The notes beneath the pieces were generated by a model that was not told where the DNA came from, did not search any database, and saw only the letters and a list, made by a program, of their open reading frames with translations. From assembly GCA_964513145.1 (NCBI GenBank), contig CAZELK010000006.1, positions 10,081 through 74,080 on the forward strand: a stretch of 64,000 nucleotides of DNA, read 5' to 3'. Positions within the stretch are counted from its first letter, which is position 1, and each line of letters begins with the position of its first letter. Made by a program: the position numbers and the translations under genes. The DNA is from Candidatus Woesearchaeota archaeon (GTDB lineage: Archaea > Nanobdellota > Nanobdellia > SCGC-AAA011-G17 > JACPIM01). Shown piece by piece: positions 29,852 to 38,360 of this stretch.

Positions 29852-31615
29852 ATGAAAAAAATAGCAGTAATAATTGATAAAGGCAGGTGCTATCCAGAAA
29901 GATGCCAACATGAATGCATGAAGTTTGATCCTGTCAACAGATCTGGAGGGCAAGGTTTTCATTTAGGTATAGATGGAAAATCCTGTATTGACGAAAAAAT
30001 AGCTACTGAAATGCATAAAATTTGTGCAAAGAAATGTCCTTTTAACGCAATTACTATTGTAAATTTACCAGAAGCTTTGAAAGAAGAACCAATTCACAGA
30101 TTTGGAAACAATGGATTTATGCTTTATGGTCTGCCTTTGTTTAAAGAAAATAAAGTCATCGGTATTTTGGGTAGAAATGGAATTGGCAAAAGCACGGCAT
30201 TAAATATTTTATCAGGAAGCTTAGTGCCAAATTTAGGAAGATATGATGAGAAAACTAAAGATGAGAATGTAATAAGCAGATATTCTAAAGTTTCCTTAGG
30301 TGGTTATTTTAAAAAATTATATGATGAAAAAATTAAATTCTCATACAAACCGCAAAGGGTTGAATTAATCAACAAGGCTTTTGATGGAAAAGTTATTGAC
30401 TTGTTAAAAAAAATTGATGAAAAAAATGAAAGCGAAAGATTAATTGAAGAATTTGAACTTGACAAAATAAAAAATAGAAATATTAAAGACTTATCTGGGG
30501 GAGAATTACAGAAATTAGCAATAATTGCAACTTATGTAAAAAAAGCAGATTATTATTTTTTTGATGAACCTTCTTCTTTTTGTGATATTCAAAACAGAAT
30601 TAAACTTGCAAAACTAATAAAAGAATTAAGCAAAAATTCTAGTGTCATTGTAGTTGACCATGATTTAGCTACTTTGGATTTTGTTTCTGATGAGATTCAA
30701 ATTGTTTATGGCGAGCCTGGGGCATATGGTATTTTTTCCCAAAGCAAGGGAATAAGCAGGGCAATTAATGAATATCTTGAAGGCAATTTAAAGGAAGAAA
30801 ACATCAGATATAGAAATTACAGCATTAATTTTAATCCATTGACTTATAGAAGAGAGCATCATAATGAAATATTTCTTGAAATTCCCTTATTGAGAAAGCA
30901 TTTTAGTGATTTTAAATTAGAAATAAACAAGTTTAATTTATTTAAAGGGCAGGTTGTTGCTATAATGGGCGCAAATGGATTAGGGAAAAGCACATTTTTG
31001 AATATTATTTCTGGAAAAATTAAGGCAGACAATTCTGATTTTAAAATTAAAAATGTTTCATACAAAGAACAAGACCTAGAAAGCAAAGACATGAGTGTAA
31101 ATGAATATTTATTATCAAAAGGAAATGATCTTTTTACAGATAACTGGCTAAAATCAATTTTAATTGAAAAGCTTAATTTAGAAAGATTATTTGATGACAA
31201 TATGAAGACCTTATCTGGCGGAGAACTGCAAAAAGTAAATATTGCCGGGGCTTTGGCAAAAAAAACTGACATCGTACTACTTGATGAGCCGTCAGCTTTT
31301 ATTGATGTTGAAGACAGATTGAAAGTAGCTGAAATAATAAAAGATTTTGCAATTAAAAAGGAGATATGCGCTATTATTGTTGACCATGATATCCAATTTA
31401 TTGATTATTTGGCAGATGCTATTTTAGTTTTTGAAGGAATACCTGGAAAAGAAGGAAGAGTTTCTGGGCCTTTTTTAAAAAATGATGGCATGAATAAAGT
31501 TTTAAAAAATCTTGAGATTACCTATAGAAAAGATAAAGATACGAACAGGGCAAGAATAAACAAAGAAGGTTCTCAATTAGACCAGATGCAAAAAAATAAA
31601 GGGGAATATTACTAG
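29852..31615 (+). CDS. abce1: Ribosome recycling ATPase ABCE1/RLI
   Basis: True start MKKIAVIID at 29852; RLI N-terminus; Walker A GRNGIGKST and GANGLGKST; two LSGGELQK signatures; ITYRKDKDTNRARINKEGSQLDQMQK tail. Confidence 0.93.
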   Translation: MKKIAVIIDKGRCYPERCQHECMKFDPVNRSGGQGFHLGIDGKSCIDEKIATEMHKICAKKCPFNAITIVNLPEALKEEPIHRFGNNGFMLYGLPLFKENKVIGILGRNGIGKSTALNILSGSLVPNLGRYDEKTKDENVISRYSKVSLGGYFKKLYDEKIKFSYKPQRVELINKAFDGKVIDLLKKIDEKNESERLIEEFELDKIKNRNIKDLSGGELQKLAIIATYVKKADYYFFDEPSSFCDIQNRIKLAKLIKELSKNSSVIVVDHDLATLDFVSDEIQIVYGEPGAYGIFSQSKGISRAINEYLEGNLKEENIRYRNYSINFNPLTYRREHHNEIFLEIPLLRKHFSDFKLEINKFNLFKGQVVAIMGANGLGKSTFLNIISGKIKADNSDFKIKNVSYKEQDLESKDMSVNEYLLSKGNDLFTDNWLKSILIEKLNLERLFDDNMKTLSGGELQKVNIAGALAKKTDIVLLDEPSAFIDVEDRLKVAEIIKDFAIKKEICAIIVDHDIQFIDYLADAILVFEGIPGKEGRVSGPFLKNDGMNKVLKNLEITYRKDKDTNRARINKEGSQLDQMQKNKGEYY

Positions 31616-31662
31616 TTCTTAATACGAAAACTATTTATATATGTTAAACTATACCATATATA

Positions 31663-31965
31663 TTGGCAGAAGAGATATTCAACCATAAGAATATTGATGA
31701 AAATGGAAATATTACAGAAATTAAAATATTAAAAATTCCGAAAACAACTGATAACCCTGAAGGTATTTCATATTCGCTTGTTTATATAAAAAATGATAAG
31801 CGCATAATTGGTTATGACAATTTTGGCGGACATAAAATAAATACAAATTGCCACCATAAACATATTAAAAATAGAATTGAAATTTATGAATTTATAGATG
31901 AATGGAAATTAATACAAGATTTTATGGATGATATTAAAAAAATAAATAAAGGAGTTATAAAATGA
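31663..31965 (+). CDS. DUF6516-family putative toxin
   Basis: PEGISYSLVY...RIIGYDN...HHKH motif; TTG start; 4-bp overlap with a wHTH partner. Confidence 0.75.
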   Translation: MAEEIFNHKNIDENGNITEIKILKIPKTTDNPEGISYSLVYIKNDKRIIGYDNFGGHKINTNCHHKHIKNRIEIYEFIDEWKLIQDFMDDIKKINKGVIK

Positions 31966-32336
31966 AAATCAAAAACATAAAAATTACTATAAATGACAGA
32001 AAACAAGCTTTGAATGAATTCGCCCATACATTAGCAAGAGCTCGAGAAGGTGAAATAATCTACAAACATAAAGAAATTTCATTTCAAGATGTTTATACAT
32101 TAAGAAAATTTCTAACTGAAAAAAGAATAGAATTACTACATATAATAAAACATTATAATCCAGAATCAATGTATGAATTAGCAAAAATTGTTAATAGAGA
32201 TTTAAAAAGCATAACTACAGATATATCTATTTTAAAAGATTTAAATCTAGTAAGTCTAGAAAAAATTAAAGAAAAAAGAATAAAGGTCAAACCCAAAGTT
32301 GAATTTAATAAAATAAATGTTGAAATTACAATATAA
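31962..32336 (+). CDS. HVO_A0114-like wHTH putative antitoxin
   Basis: LRKFLTEKRIELLHIIK..PESMYELAKIVNRDLKSITTDISILKDLNLV. Confidence 0.8.
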   Translation: MKIKNIKITINDRKQALNEFAHTLARAREGEIIYKHKEISFQDVYTLRKFLTEKRIELLHIIKHYNPESMYELAKIVNRDLKSITTDISILKDLNLVSLEKIKEKRIKVKPKVEFNKINVEITI

Positions 32337-32345
32337 CTATCAGAA

Positions 32346-32465
32346 ATGGGCGATTTAGAAATAATAGAAAAATTAACTGCTAAAAGTAAGCTTACAAAGA
32401 AAGATGTTTTAGAATTAAGCAGAAAAATAAATAATAATGTATCAAGAAAACTGGGATTATATTAA
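32346..32465 (+). pseudogene. C-terminal remnant of an archaeal CopG/RHH-type antitoxin
   Basis: MGDLEIIEKLTAKSKLTKKDVLELSRKINNNVSRKLGLY resembles the C-terminal half of such antitoxins; the DNA-binding N-terminus is missing. Confidence 0.4.
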
Positions 32466-32479
32466 TATAATTAAAGGCA

Positions 32480-33337
32480 TTATTTTTTATTTTTTTCGCG
32501 CGCGAGACGTACCCCGAGCCCGCCATTCGAGAGATCAGGATTGCCATTGCAGCCCAGGTAAGCCCAGTCAGCAACAGCACCGAACCAAGCGACTCTACAA
32601 TCAACAGGATACCAATAATTAAAATCAGTTCCTTCTTTTGTTGGCATTCCCTGCTTATTAAAAGAACTTAATTCAACTTTACAGTCTTTCATTACACAAG
32701 TTTCTAGAGGTTCAGAATTTGTTGCTTCTAGTTTTTTACATTTAGTTCTATGATTGTAATTTAAATGTAAATTTCCATTTTTATCTTCGAATTTGGCATC
32801 TAACCATTCTGCCCTATAAGGATCTCTTACTTCTGTAATATCCAAATAAAGAGTTTGCAAATCTGATTTTGATATTTTATTTCCCAATCCATCTTCTGCT
32901 TTACCTGATTTTAATAATAAAAGAAAATCTGCAAATTCTCTTAAGTTTAACATTCTTGCATCTTGCTTATGGGCTTCTTTATGAGTTTCATACCAATTAT
33001 TTCGGTGTAATATTCTTTCTTTAGCAACATATAAACTATGAGAAGGCATGAAAACATAATCTGCCAAATTAGCTTCTTGAACTGAAGTTATTTTTTCTAG
33101 TTTTTTCCCAATCATCTCTTGTTCTGTTACTTCTTCGGACTTTTCTTCTTGTTTTTTGTCTTTCTTTGATTTTTCTAGCTGAATTTCTTGTTCAATATTG
33201 TCTGTTAAATATAATCCAGAACCAACTATTTCATTTAATTTAAATAGATAATCTTTCGAGAATTTATCAGAATCTGATATTTCTTTGCATATTTTCTCTA
33301 GTTCACTTTTCCAAGCTTCAAATGATTCAAAAACCAT
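32480..33337 (-). CDS. Putative DGR target-like protein (C-type lectin-like C-terminus)
   Basis: Ends RVAWFGAVADWAYLGCNGNPDLSNGGLGVRLAR; no signal peptide. Confidence 0.7.
   Translation of the reverse strand: MVFESFEAWKSELEKICKEISDSDKFSKDYLFKLNEIVGSGLYLTDNIEQEIQLEKSKKDKKQEEKSEEVTEQEMIGKKLEKITSVQEANLADYVFMPSHSLYVAKERILHRNNWYETHKEAHKQDARMLNLREFADFLLLLKSGKAEDGLGNKISKSDLQTLYLDITEVRDPYRAEWLDAKFEDKNGNLHLNYNHRTKCKKLEATNSEPLETCVMKDCKVELSSFNKQGMPTKEGTDFNYWYPVDCRVAWFGAVADWAYLGCNGNPDLSNGGLGVRLAREKNKK
32498..32593 (-). other. Candidate DGR variable region
   Basis: 60 of 96 nt are G/C in an otherwise very AT-rich gene; spaced NNY codons; GC-rich CTCGGGGTACGTCTCGCGCGC 3-prime end. Confidence 0.6.
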
Positions 33338-33499
33338 CTTAATTTTTGATAAATTTAAGCTTTTAAATCTTTCGACTTATTACTACTTATAAGTTATCAA
33401 TATTACTTAGATAGTTTTAAATACTCTGATTGAGAATTATGTTCTATATACTTAGCTAGTATGGCTTTGTATAGATAAATTAAATAGGAGAGATAAATA

Positions 33500-33673
33500 A
33501 TGGGATTTGAACACAAAGGCGGAAGAAGAGAAGGCGGAGGCGGATTTCAAAGAGAAGAATTTGAAATAACTTGTGCTGATTGTCAGCAAAAGGCCAAAGT
33601 ACCTTTCAAGCCAAGACCAGACAGACCTGCATATTGCAGAGAATGTTATAACTCTAAACATAGAGACAAGTAA
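33500..33673 (+). CDS. CxxC-x17-CxxC domain microprotein, missed by the ORF track
   Basis: MGFEHKGGRREGGGGFQREEFEITCADCQQKAKVPFKPRPDRPAYCRECYNSKHRDK; GGAG RBS. Confidence 0.9.
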   Translation: MGFEHKGGRREGGGGFQREEFEITCADCQQKAKVPFKPRPDRPAYCRECYNSKHRDK

Positions 33674-33694
33674 GAATTCTAAAGTAATTTTTAT

Positions 33695-34321
33695 TTAGGG
33701 GAAATTTTTTATTTTTGTTTTATTTTTTATTTTATAGTTAGATAGATTTCTATTTGTTTTTGCTAATTTTAATCTGGTTTCTTTAACCAATGCTAAAGAT
33801 ACAAAAACAGAAATCAAAGACAAAGTAAACATTGTAAAAAATAAGGCTTCAAAACCAAAGTATGAAACTAAAAAACCACCAGCTAAAGCTGCCAAAGAAC
33901 TTATTATATAACTCATAGATTCCCAAGCACCCCATTCTGAAACATATTTATTTTTATCAATATTTTTTGAATATAATCCATCATATAATGGAGATAAAAC
34001 AGCTATTGCAAAACCAAATATTACCTCAACTATATACAAATGAACTGGTTTCGAGACAAACATATAACTAAAAAAACCCACTGAACTCAACAAATAACCA
34101 ACTGGGAGCAATTTTTCTTTGTATTTTAGTCTATCCTCCCACTTGCTTATAATATAAATCAAAATTCCTGCGCTAATAGAAAATATGGCAATTGCGTAGC
34201 TTGCTTCTAAAATACCACCTTCAATTTTTTCAACAAAAATAGCATAAATCGGACCCAACATATTATTGACGAATGTTGAAAATGCAGCAGCTAATAAAAG
34301 TATATTCAACTCTTTTTTCAT
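33695..34321 (-). CDS. Half-size (6-TM) MFS-like transporter
   Basis: 208 aa, six hydrophobic helices, motif-A-like ISKWEDRLKYKEKLL between TM2 and TM3. Confidence 0.75.
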   Translation of the reverse strand: MKKELNILLLAAAFSTFVNNMLGPIYAIFVEKIEGGILEASYAIAIFSISAGILIYIISKWEDRLKYKEKLLPVGYLLSSVGFFSYMFVSKPVHLYIVEVIFGFAIAVLSPLYDGLYSKNIDKNKYVSEWGAWESMSYIISSLAALAGGFLVSYFGFEALFFTMFTLSLISVFVSLALVKETRLKLAKTNRNLSNYKIKNKTKIKNFP

Positions 34322-34446
34322 GAATAAAAATAGATTTAATAAATATATAAATTTAATTAAAAAATTTTACACTCTTTTTTTGGCTTGGACTATTTAAAAA
34401 AGATTGCACCATTATAATTTTTAAAAAAATAATTTCCCAAATATTT

Positions 34447-34716
34447 TTATTTGGCATTTTGATCAACTATTTTTTCCAGCTTGCCTTCTTCATGGCCAAA
34501 TTCTTCTAATTTTCCGTTAATTAACTTGTAAGAGGTTTTACTAAAATGATCGTAGTTGCCATCGTTATCAAGATCGAAATAAGTTACTGTTTCTTTTTTA
34601 ATTTCTTTTCTTTCTACTATTCCGAATGGATTAAATTTAAAGACAGCACATCTTAAAAAGTAAAGAGCGCCTAAAGCAGCCAGTACTCCAATAATGTAAT
34701 TTTGTTTTTTTGACAT
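34447..34716 (-). CDS. Hypothetical membrane-anchored protein
   Basis: N-terminal hydrophobic helix; EF-hand-like DLDNDGNYD. Confidence 0.6.
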   Translation of the reverse strand: MSKKQNYIIGVLAALGALYFLRCAVFKFNPFGIVERKEIKKETVTYFDLDNDGNYDHFSKTSYKLINGKLEEFGHEEGKLEKIVDQNAK

Positions 34717-34717
34717 A

Positions 34718-35464
34718 TTAATTAGTTTCTTGCAATAATTTCTCGTAACCTTTGCTTTCTAATTCTACAGCCAAATCATGAGATCCTGTTTTTTTTATTT
34801 TTCCATCTACAAAAATATGAACTTGGTCTGGCTTTATGTACTGCAAAATTCTATTATAATGCGTAATCAACAAAATACCCATATTAAGATTTTTTTTAAT
34901 TGTGTTAATTCCTTCTGCAATTATCTTTAATGAATCTATGTCTGTACCACTGTCTGTTTCATCAAGAATTGCAAATTTTGGTTCTAAAATTGCCAACTGC
35001 AGTATTTCTGCCTTTTTCTTTTCTCCGCCAGAAAAGCCTTCGTTTAAATATCTTCTTGCAAATTTTTCATCCATTTTTAACATTGACATTTTATCTTTCA
35101 TTAATTTGTAAAACTCTAATACTGACATAGAAGAATCTTTTAATGTATTTAATGCTGTTCTTAAAAAGTTTGACAGGGTGACGCCGGAGATTTCAGAAGG
35201 ATACTGGAAAGACAAAAATAACCCTTTTTTAGCCCTTATTTCCGGATTTGCATTTGTTATATCTTCTCCATTTAATAAAATTCTCCCTTTTGTTATTTTG
35301 TATTTTGGTGAGCCCATTAAAGTATTTCCCAAAGAAGTTTTGCCGCTTCCATTCGGACCCATCAAAGCAACTACTTCGCCTTTTTTTATTCTTAGATTTA
35401 CGCCTTTGATTATTTCTTTATCTTCCAATGAAACATGCAGATCTTCAATTAATAATTCTTCCAT
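34718..35464 (-). CDS. sufC: Fe-S assembly ATPase SufC
   Basis: MGPNGSGKTSL, FLSFQYPSEISGV, RYLNEGFSGGEKKK, LDETDSGTDID; start MEELLIEDL at 35464. Confidence 0.95.
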   Translation of the reverse strand: MEELLIEDLHVSLEDKEIIKGVNLRIKKGEVVALMGPNGSGKTSLGNTLMGSPKYKITKGRILLNGEDITNANPEIRAKKGLFLSFQYPSEISGVTLSNFLRTALNTLKDSSMSVLEFYKLMKDKMSMLKMDEKFARRYLNEGFSGGEKKKAEILQLAILEPKFAILDETDSGTDIDSLKIIAEGINTIKKNLNMGILLITHYNRILQYIKPDQVHIFVDGKIKKTGSHDLAVELESKGYEKLLQETN

Positions 35465-35474
35465 ATTTATTCCC

Positions 35475-35915
35475 CTACAAACATACCTTATTTTTATCAA
35501 TTACATTAAATATTTCTCCGCGGTATATTTTAATTACTCTTCTCAATGCTTCCAAACCTAAACAAGCACATTTAACTCTTACTGGGCTAATCGGGATACT
35601 TAAAAGTTCGTAAACTTTTTCTTTTGTTATCCTTTCTGCTTCTTCTATTGTTTTCCCCTTTATTTCAGAAAGTAACATAGATGAGGCAGCCATACTTATT
35701 GCACAACCTTTCCCAAAAAATCTTATGTCTTTTATATAGTCACTTTCTATTTTAATTTGTACAGTTTCTTCATCCCCACACAATGGATTGAATTCCCTAT
35801 GCTGAGCATCGAAATTTTCCAATTTACCAAATTGTCTTGGGTGTGTATAATGATCCAGAATATTCTCTCTGTAAATGCCTTCGCCAGCATAATTTTTATC
35901 AATTATTTCTGTCAT
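35475..35915 (-). CDS. sufU: SufU/IscU-like scaffold or sulfur-transfer protein
   Basis: YRENILDHY, NPLCGD, GKGCAISMAASS, PVRVKCA. Confidence 0.9.
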   Translation of the reverse strand: MTEIIDKNYAGEGIYRENILDHYTHPRQFGKLENFDAQHREFNPLCGDEETVQIKIESDYIKDIRFFGKGCAISMAASSMLLSEIKGKTIEEAERITKEKVYELLSIPISPVRVKCACLGLEALRRVIKIYRGEIFNVIDKNKVCL

Positions 35916-37143
35916 TTTTAAAAATGCTCCTTACTTTGTCTAAAGCCAAAATAAATTTATCAATTTCTTCTTTTGTATTGTAAAAATACAAACTTATTCT
36001 GCAAAGTGCTGCTTCTTTTAAAACTTCCCTTACCAAAGGCATTGCACACATGTGGCCAGCCCTTATTGCTATGCCTTCTGAATCCAATATTGCAGCAACA
36101 TCATGGGGATGAATGTCTGATAAATTAAATGATATTAAAGAGGACCTGTTTTTCGGACCATATATTTTTATATCTTTTTGATCGAGTAATTTTTTATATA
36201 AATAATTTGTAAGCTCTTTTTCATAATCTTCGATATTTTCCATACTGATAAAATTCAGATAATCTATTGCTGCACCAAAAGCAACTGCTTCAGCAATTTG
36301 AGGAGTGCCTGCTTCAAATTTCCAAGGCAATGTATTAAAAGTTGCATAGTCAAATGCAACTTCTCTTATCATATCTCCACCATACAGGAAAGGAGTCATT
36401 TTTTCCAATAAATGTTTTTTACCATATAAAACCCCTATTCCAGTAGGGCCGCACATTTTATGACCTGAAAAAACCAAAAAATCTACATCCAAATCTTTTA
36501 CATCAACCTTCATGTGCGGAACACTTTGGGCACCATCAACAATGAATAATGAATTATTTTCATGAACTAATCTTGATATTTCCTTTACTGGATTTATTGT
36601 ACCCAATACATTTGAGACATGTGTTATTGAGACTATTTTTGTTTTTTTATTTAATAGTTTTTTTAAATGGTTTAAATCTAAATTTCCTTCTTTGTCTACT
36701 TTTACAAAGTTCAATTTTAATTTTTTTAGTTTTGCTAATTGCTGCCAAGGAACTATATTGCTGTGATGCTCCATTTGGGAGACAATTATTTCATCATTTT
36801 CATTTAAATTATTTAACAATGAATAAGCAACTAAATTCAATGACTCAGTTGTATTTTTAGTAAATATTATCTCTTCGAAACCAGAATTAATAAATTCAGC
36901 AACTTTTTTATGGGCTTCTTCGTACAGCAAAGTTGATTCTTCAGCTAATTTGTGAATACCACGATGAATATTTGCATTGTGTTTTTCAAAGAAATCTTTT
37001 AATGTATTTATAACAATTGCTGGTTTTTGTGATGTAGCTCCAGAGTCCAAATAGATTAAAGGCTTATTATTAACTATTCTAGCAAGTATTGGGAAGTCTT
37101 TTCTTATCTTCTCTATATTAATTTGTTTTGTTAAAATTTCCAT
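35899..37143 (-). CDS. sufS: Cysteine desulfurase, SufS class
   Basis: YLDSGATSQKP, ANIHRG, EHHSNIVPW, FSGHKMCGPTGIG, RAGHMCA. Confidence 0.95.
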   Translation of the reverse strand: MEILTKQINIEKIRKDFPILARIVNNKPLIYLDSGATSQKPAIVINTLKDFFEKHNANIHRGIHKLAEESTLLYEEAHKKVAEFINSGFEEIIFTKNTTESLNLVAYSLLNNLNENDEIIVSQMEHHSNIVPWQQLAKLKKLKLNFVKVDKEGNLDLNHLKKLLNKKTKIVSITHVSNVLGTINPVKEISRLVHENNSLFIVDGAQSVPHMKVDVKDLDVDFLVFSGHKMCGPTGIGVLYGKKHLLEKMTPFLYGGDMIREVAFDYATFNTLPWKFEAGTPQIAEAVAFGAAIDYLNFISMENIEDYEKELTNYLYKKLLDQKDIKIYGPKNRSSLISFNLSDIHPHDVAAILDSEGIAIRAGHMCAMPLVREVLKEAALCRISLYFYNTKEEIDKFILALDKVRSIFKNDRNN

Positions 37144-37144
37144 T

Positions 37145-38329
37145 TTATTTTAATTTAGAATTTATTGCTTTTCTAAGATTTTTTCTTGCCTCTTTTATTT
37201 TAATTTTTCTTATTATTGGATCAAAAAAACCTTTTATCATTAATTTTACAGCCTTATCTTCAGGCAATCCCCTTGATTTCAAGTAAAATAATTTTTCTCT
37301 GTCTAATCTCGAGACTGTTGTACCATGACTACATTTTACATCATTATTGTTAATTTCTAAATTCGGTATCGGGTCTATCTCAGCATTTGAACTTAATAAC
37401 AAAGCATCCTGCTTTTGATAACCATTTGAGTTTGAGGCATTTTCAGCTATTTTTACAAGACCATTATAAACTACTTTTGATTTATTATCTAAAACGCCAC
37501 GAACAGCCATATCTGATTTTGTATGCTTAGAATTGTGGTATATTGAAGAATTAAAATCAAACTGCTGCTCTTTGTTTGAGAAAAATAAACTAAAAACATT
37601 TGTGCTTGAGCCTTCTTCTTCTAATTTTGTAAGTATTTCTGATTTTGTTAATTTACTGCCTAAGCAAAAATCAATCCAATTAATATTTGCATTTTTGTTA
37701 ACAACAGCTCTTTTTGTAGAAAAATTTATTGTGTTTTGTGAAAGATTTTGGAAGTTTATATAATTTAAACTTGAATTATTATTTACAAAGATTTCTGTTA
37801 TTTTTGTTTTGTAGGATTTATTTTCATTGCTTGATAATTCTTCTTCAAAAATAGATGCTGAACTATTTTCACCTAAAATAATTATATTATGCTGAAATTC
37901 TGAATCTCCACCTATATTTGATAATTTAATGGGCTCTTTTAAAGTAACATTCTCTGGGACATATACTAATACCCCTTTATTCCATAATAATGTATGCAAG
38001 GCTTCGAATTTACCTATTGATGGAAAACAAGAAAGAAAATGTTTTTTTATTAAATCTTCATGGCTTTTTAATGCTACAGATAAATTTTCTATAATTACAT
38101 CTTTATAGTTTGGTAATTTAATTTCTTTTTTCTCCGGAAGTTGAATCTCGTTTAGATTTATTTCTGATGAGTTAAGAGTTATTGCTATCCCGTACTTTAA
38201 TTGTGGCAATGGCAAAGAATTGAAAATATTTAAAGCATTTAATCTTTTTTCCTTCATCCAAGCAGGCTCATCGCTATTTTGGATTTGGTTTATTATTTCT
38301 CTGTCCTGAAAATTTAAATTTTGATTCAT
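37145..38329 (-). CDS. sufD: Fe-S assembly protein SufD
   Basis: Beta-helix region, IPNLEINNNDVKCSHG, LFYLKSRGL. Confidence 0.9.
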   Translation of the reverse strand: MNQNLNFQDREIINQIQNSDEPAWMKEKRLNALNIFNSLPLPQLKYGIAITLNSSEINLNEIQLPEKKEIKLPNYKDVIIENLSVALKSHEDLIKKHFLSCFPSIGKFEALHTLLWNKGVLVYVPENVTLKEPIKLSNIGGDSEFQHNIIILGENSSASIFEEELSSNENKSYKTKITEIFVNNNSSLNYINFQNLSQNTINFSTKRAVVNKNANINWIDFCLGSKLTKSEILTKLEEEGSSTNVFSLFFSNKEQQFDFNSSIYHNSKHTKSDMAVRGVLDNKSKVVYNGLVKIAENASNSNGYQKQDALLLSSNAEIDPIPNLEINNNDVKCSHGTTVSRLDREKLFYLKSRGLPEDKAVKLMIKGFFDPIIRKIKIKEARKNLRKAINSKLK

Positions 38330-38360
38330 TTTAACCTTTTTTGTGAAAAAAACTTTTTAT

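Noticed and set aside
32456-32471. 16-bp palindrome ATTATATTAATATAAT as a DGR homing hairpin
   Set aside because: A/T only, expected by chance in this genome, and it overlaps another ORF end
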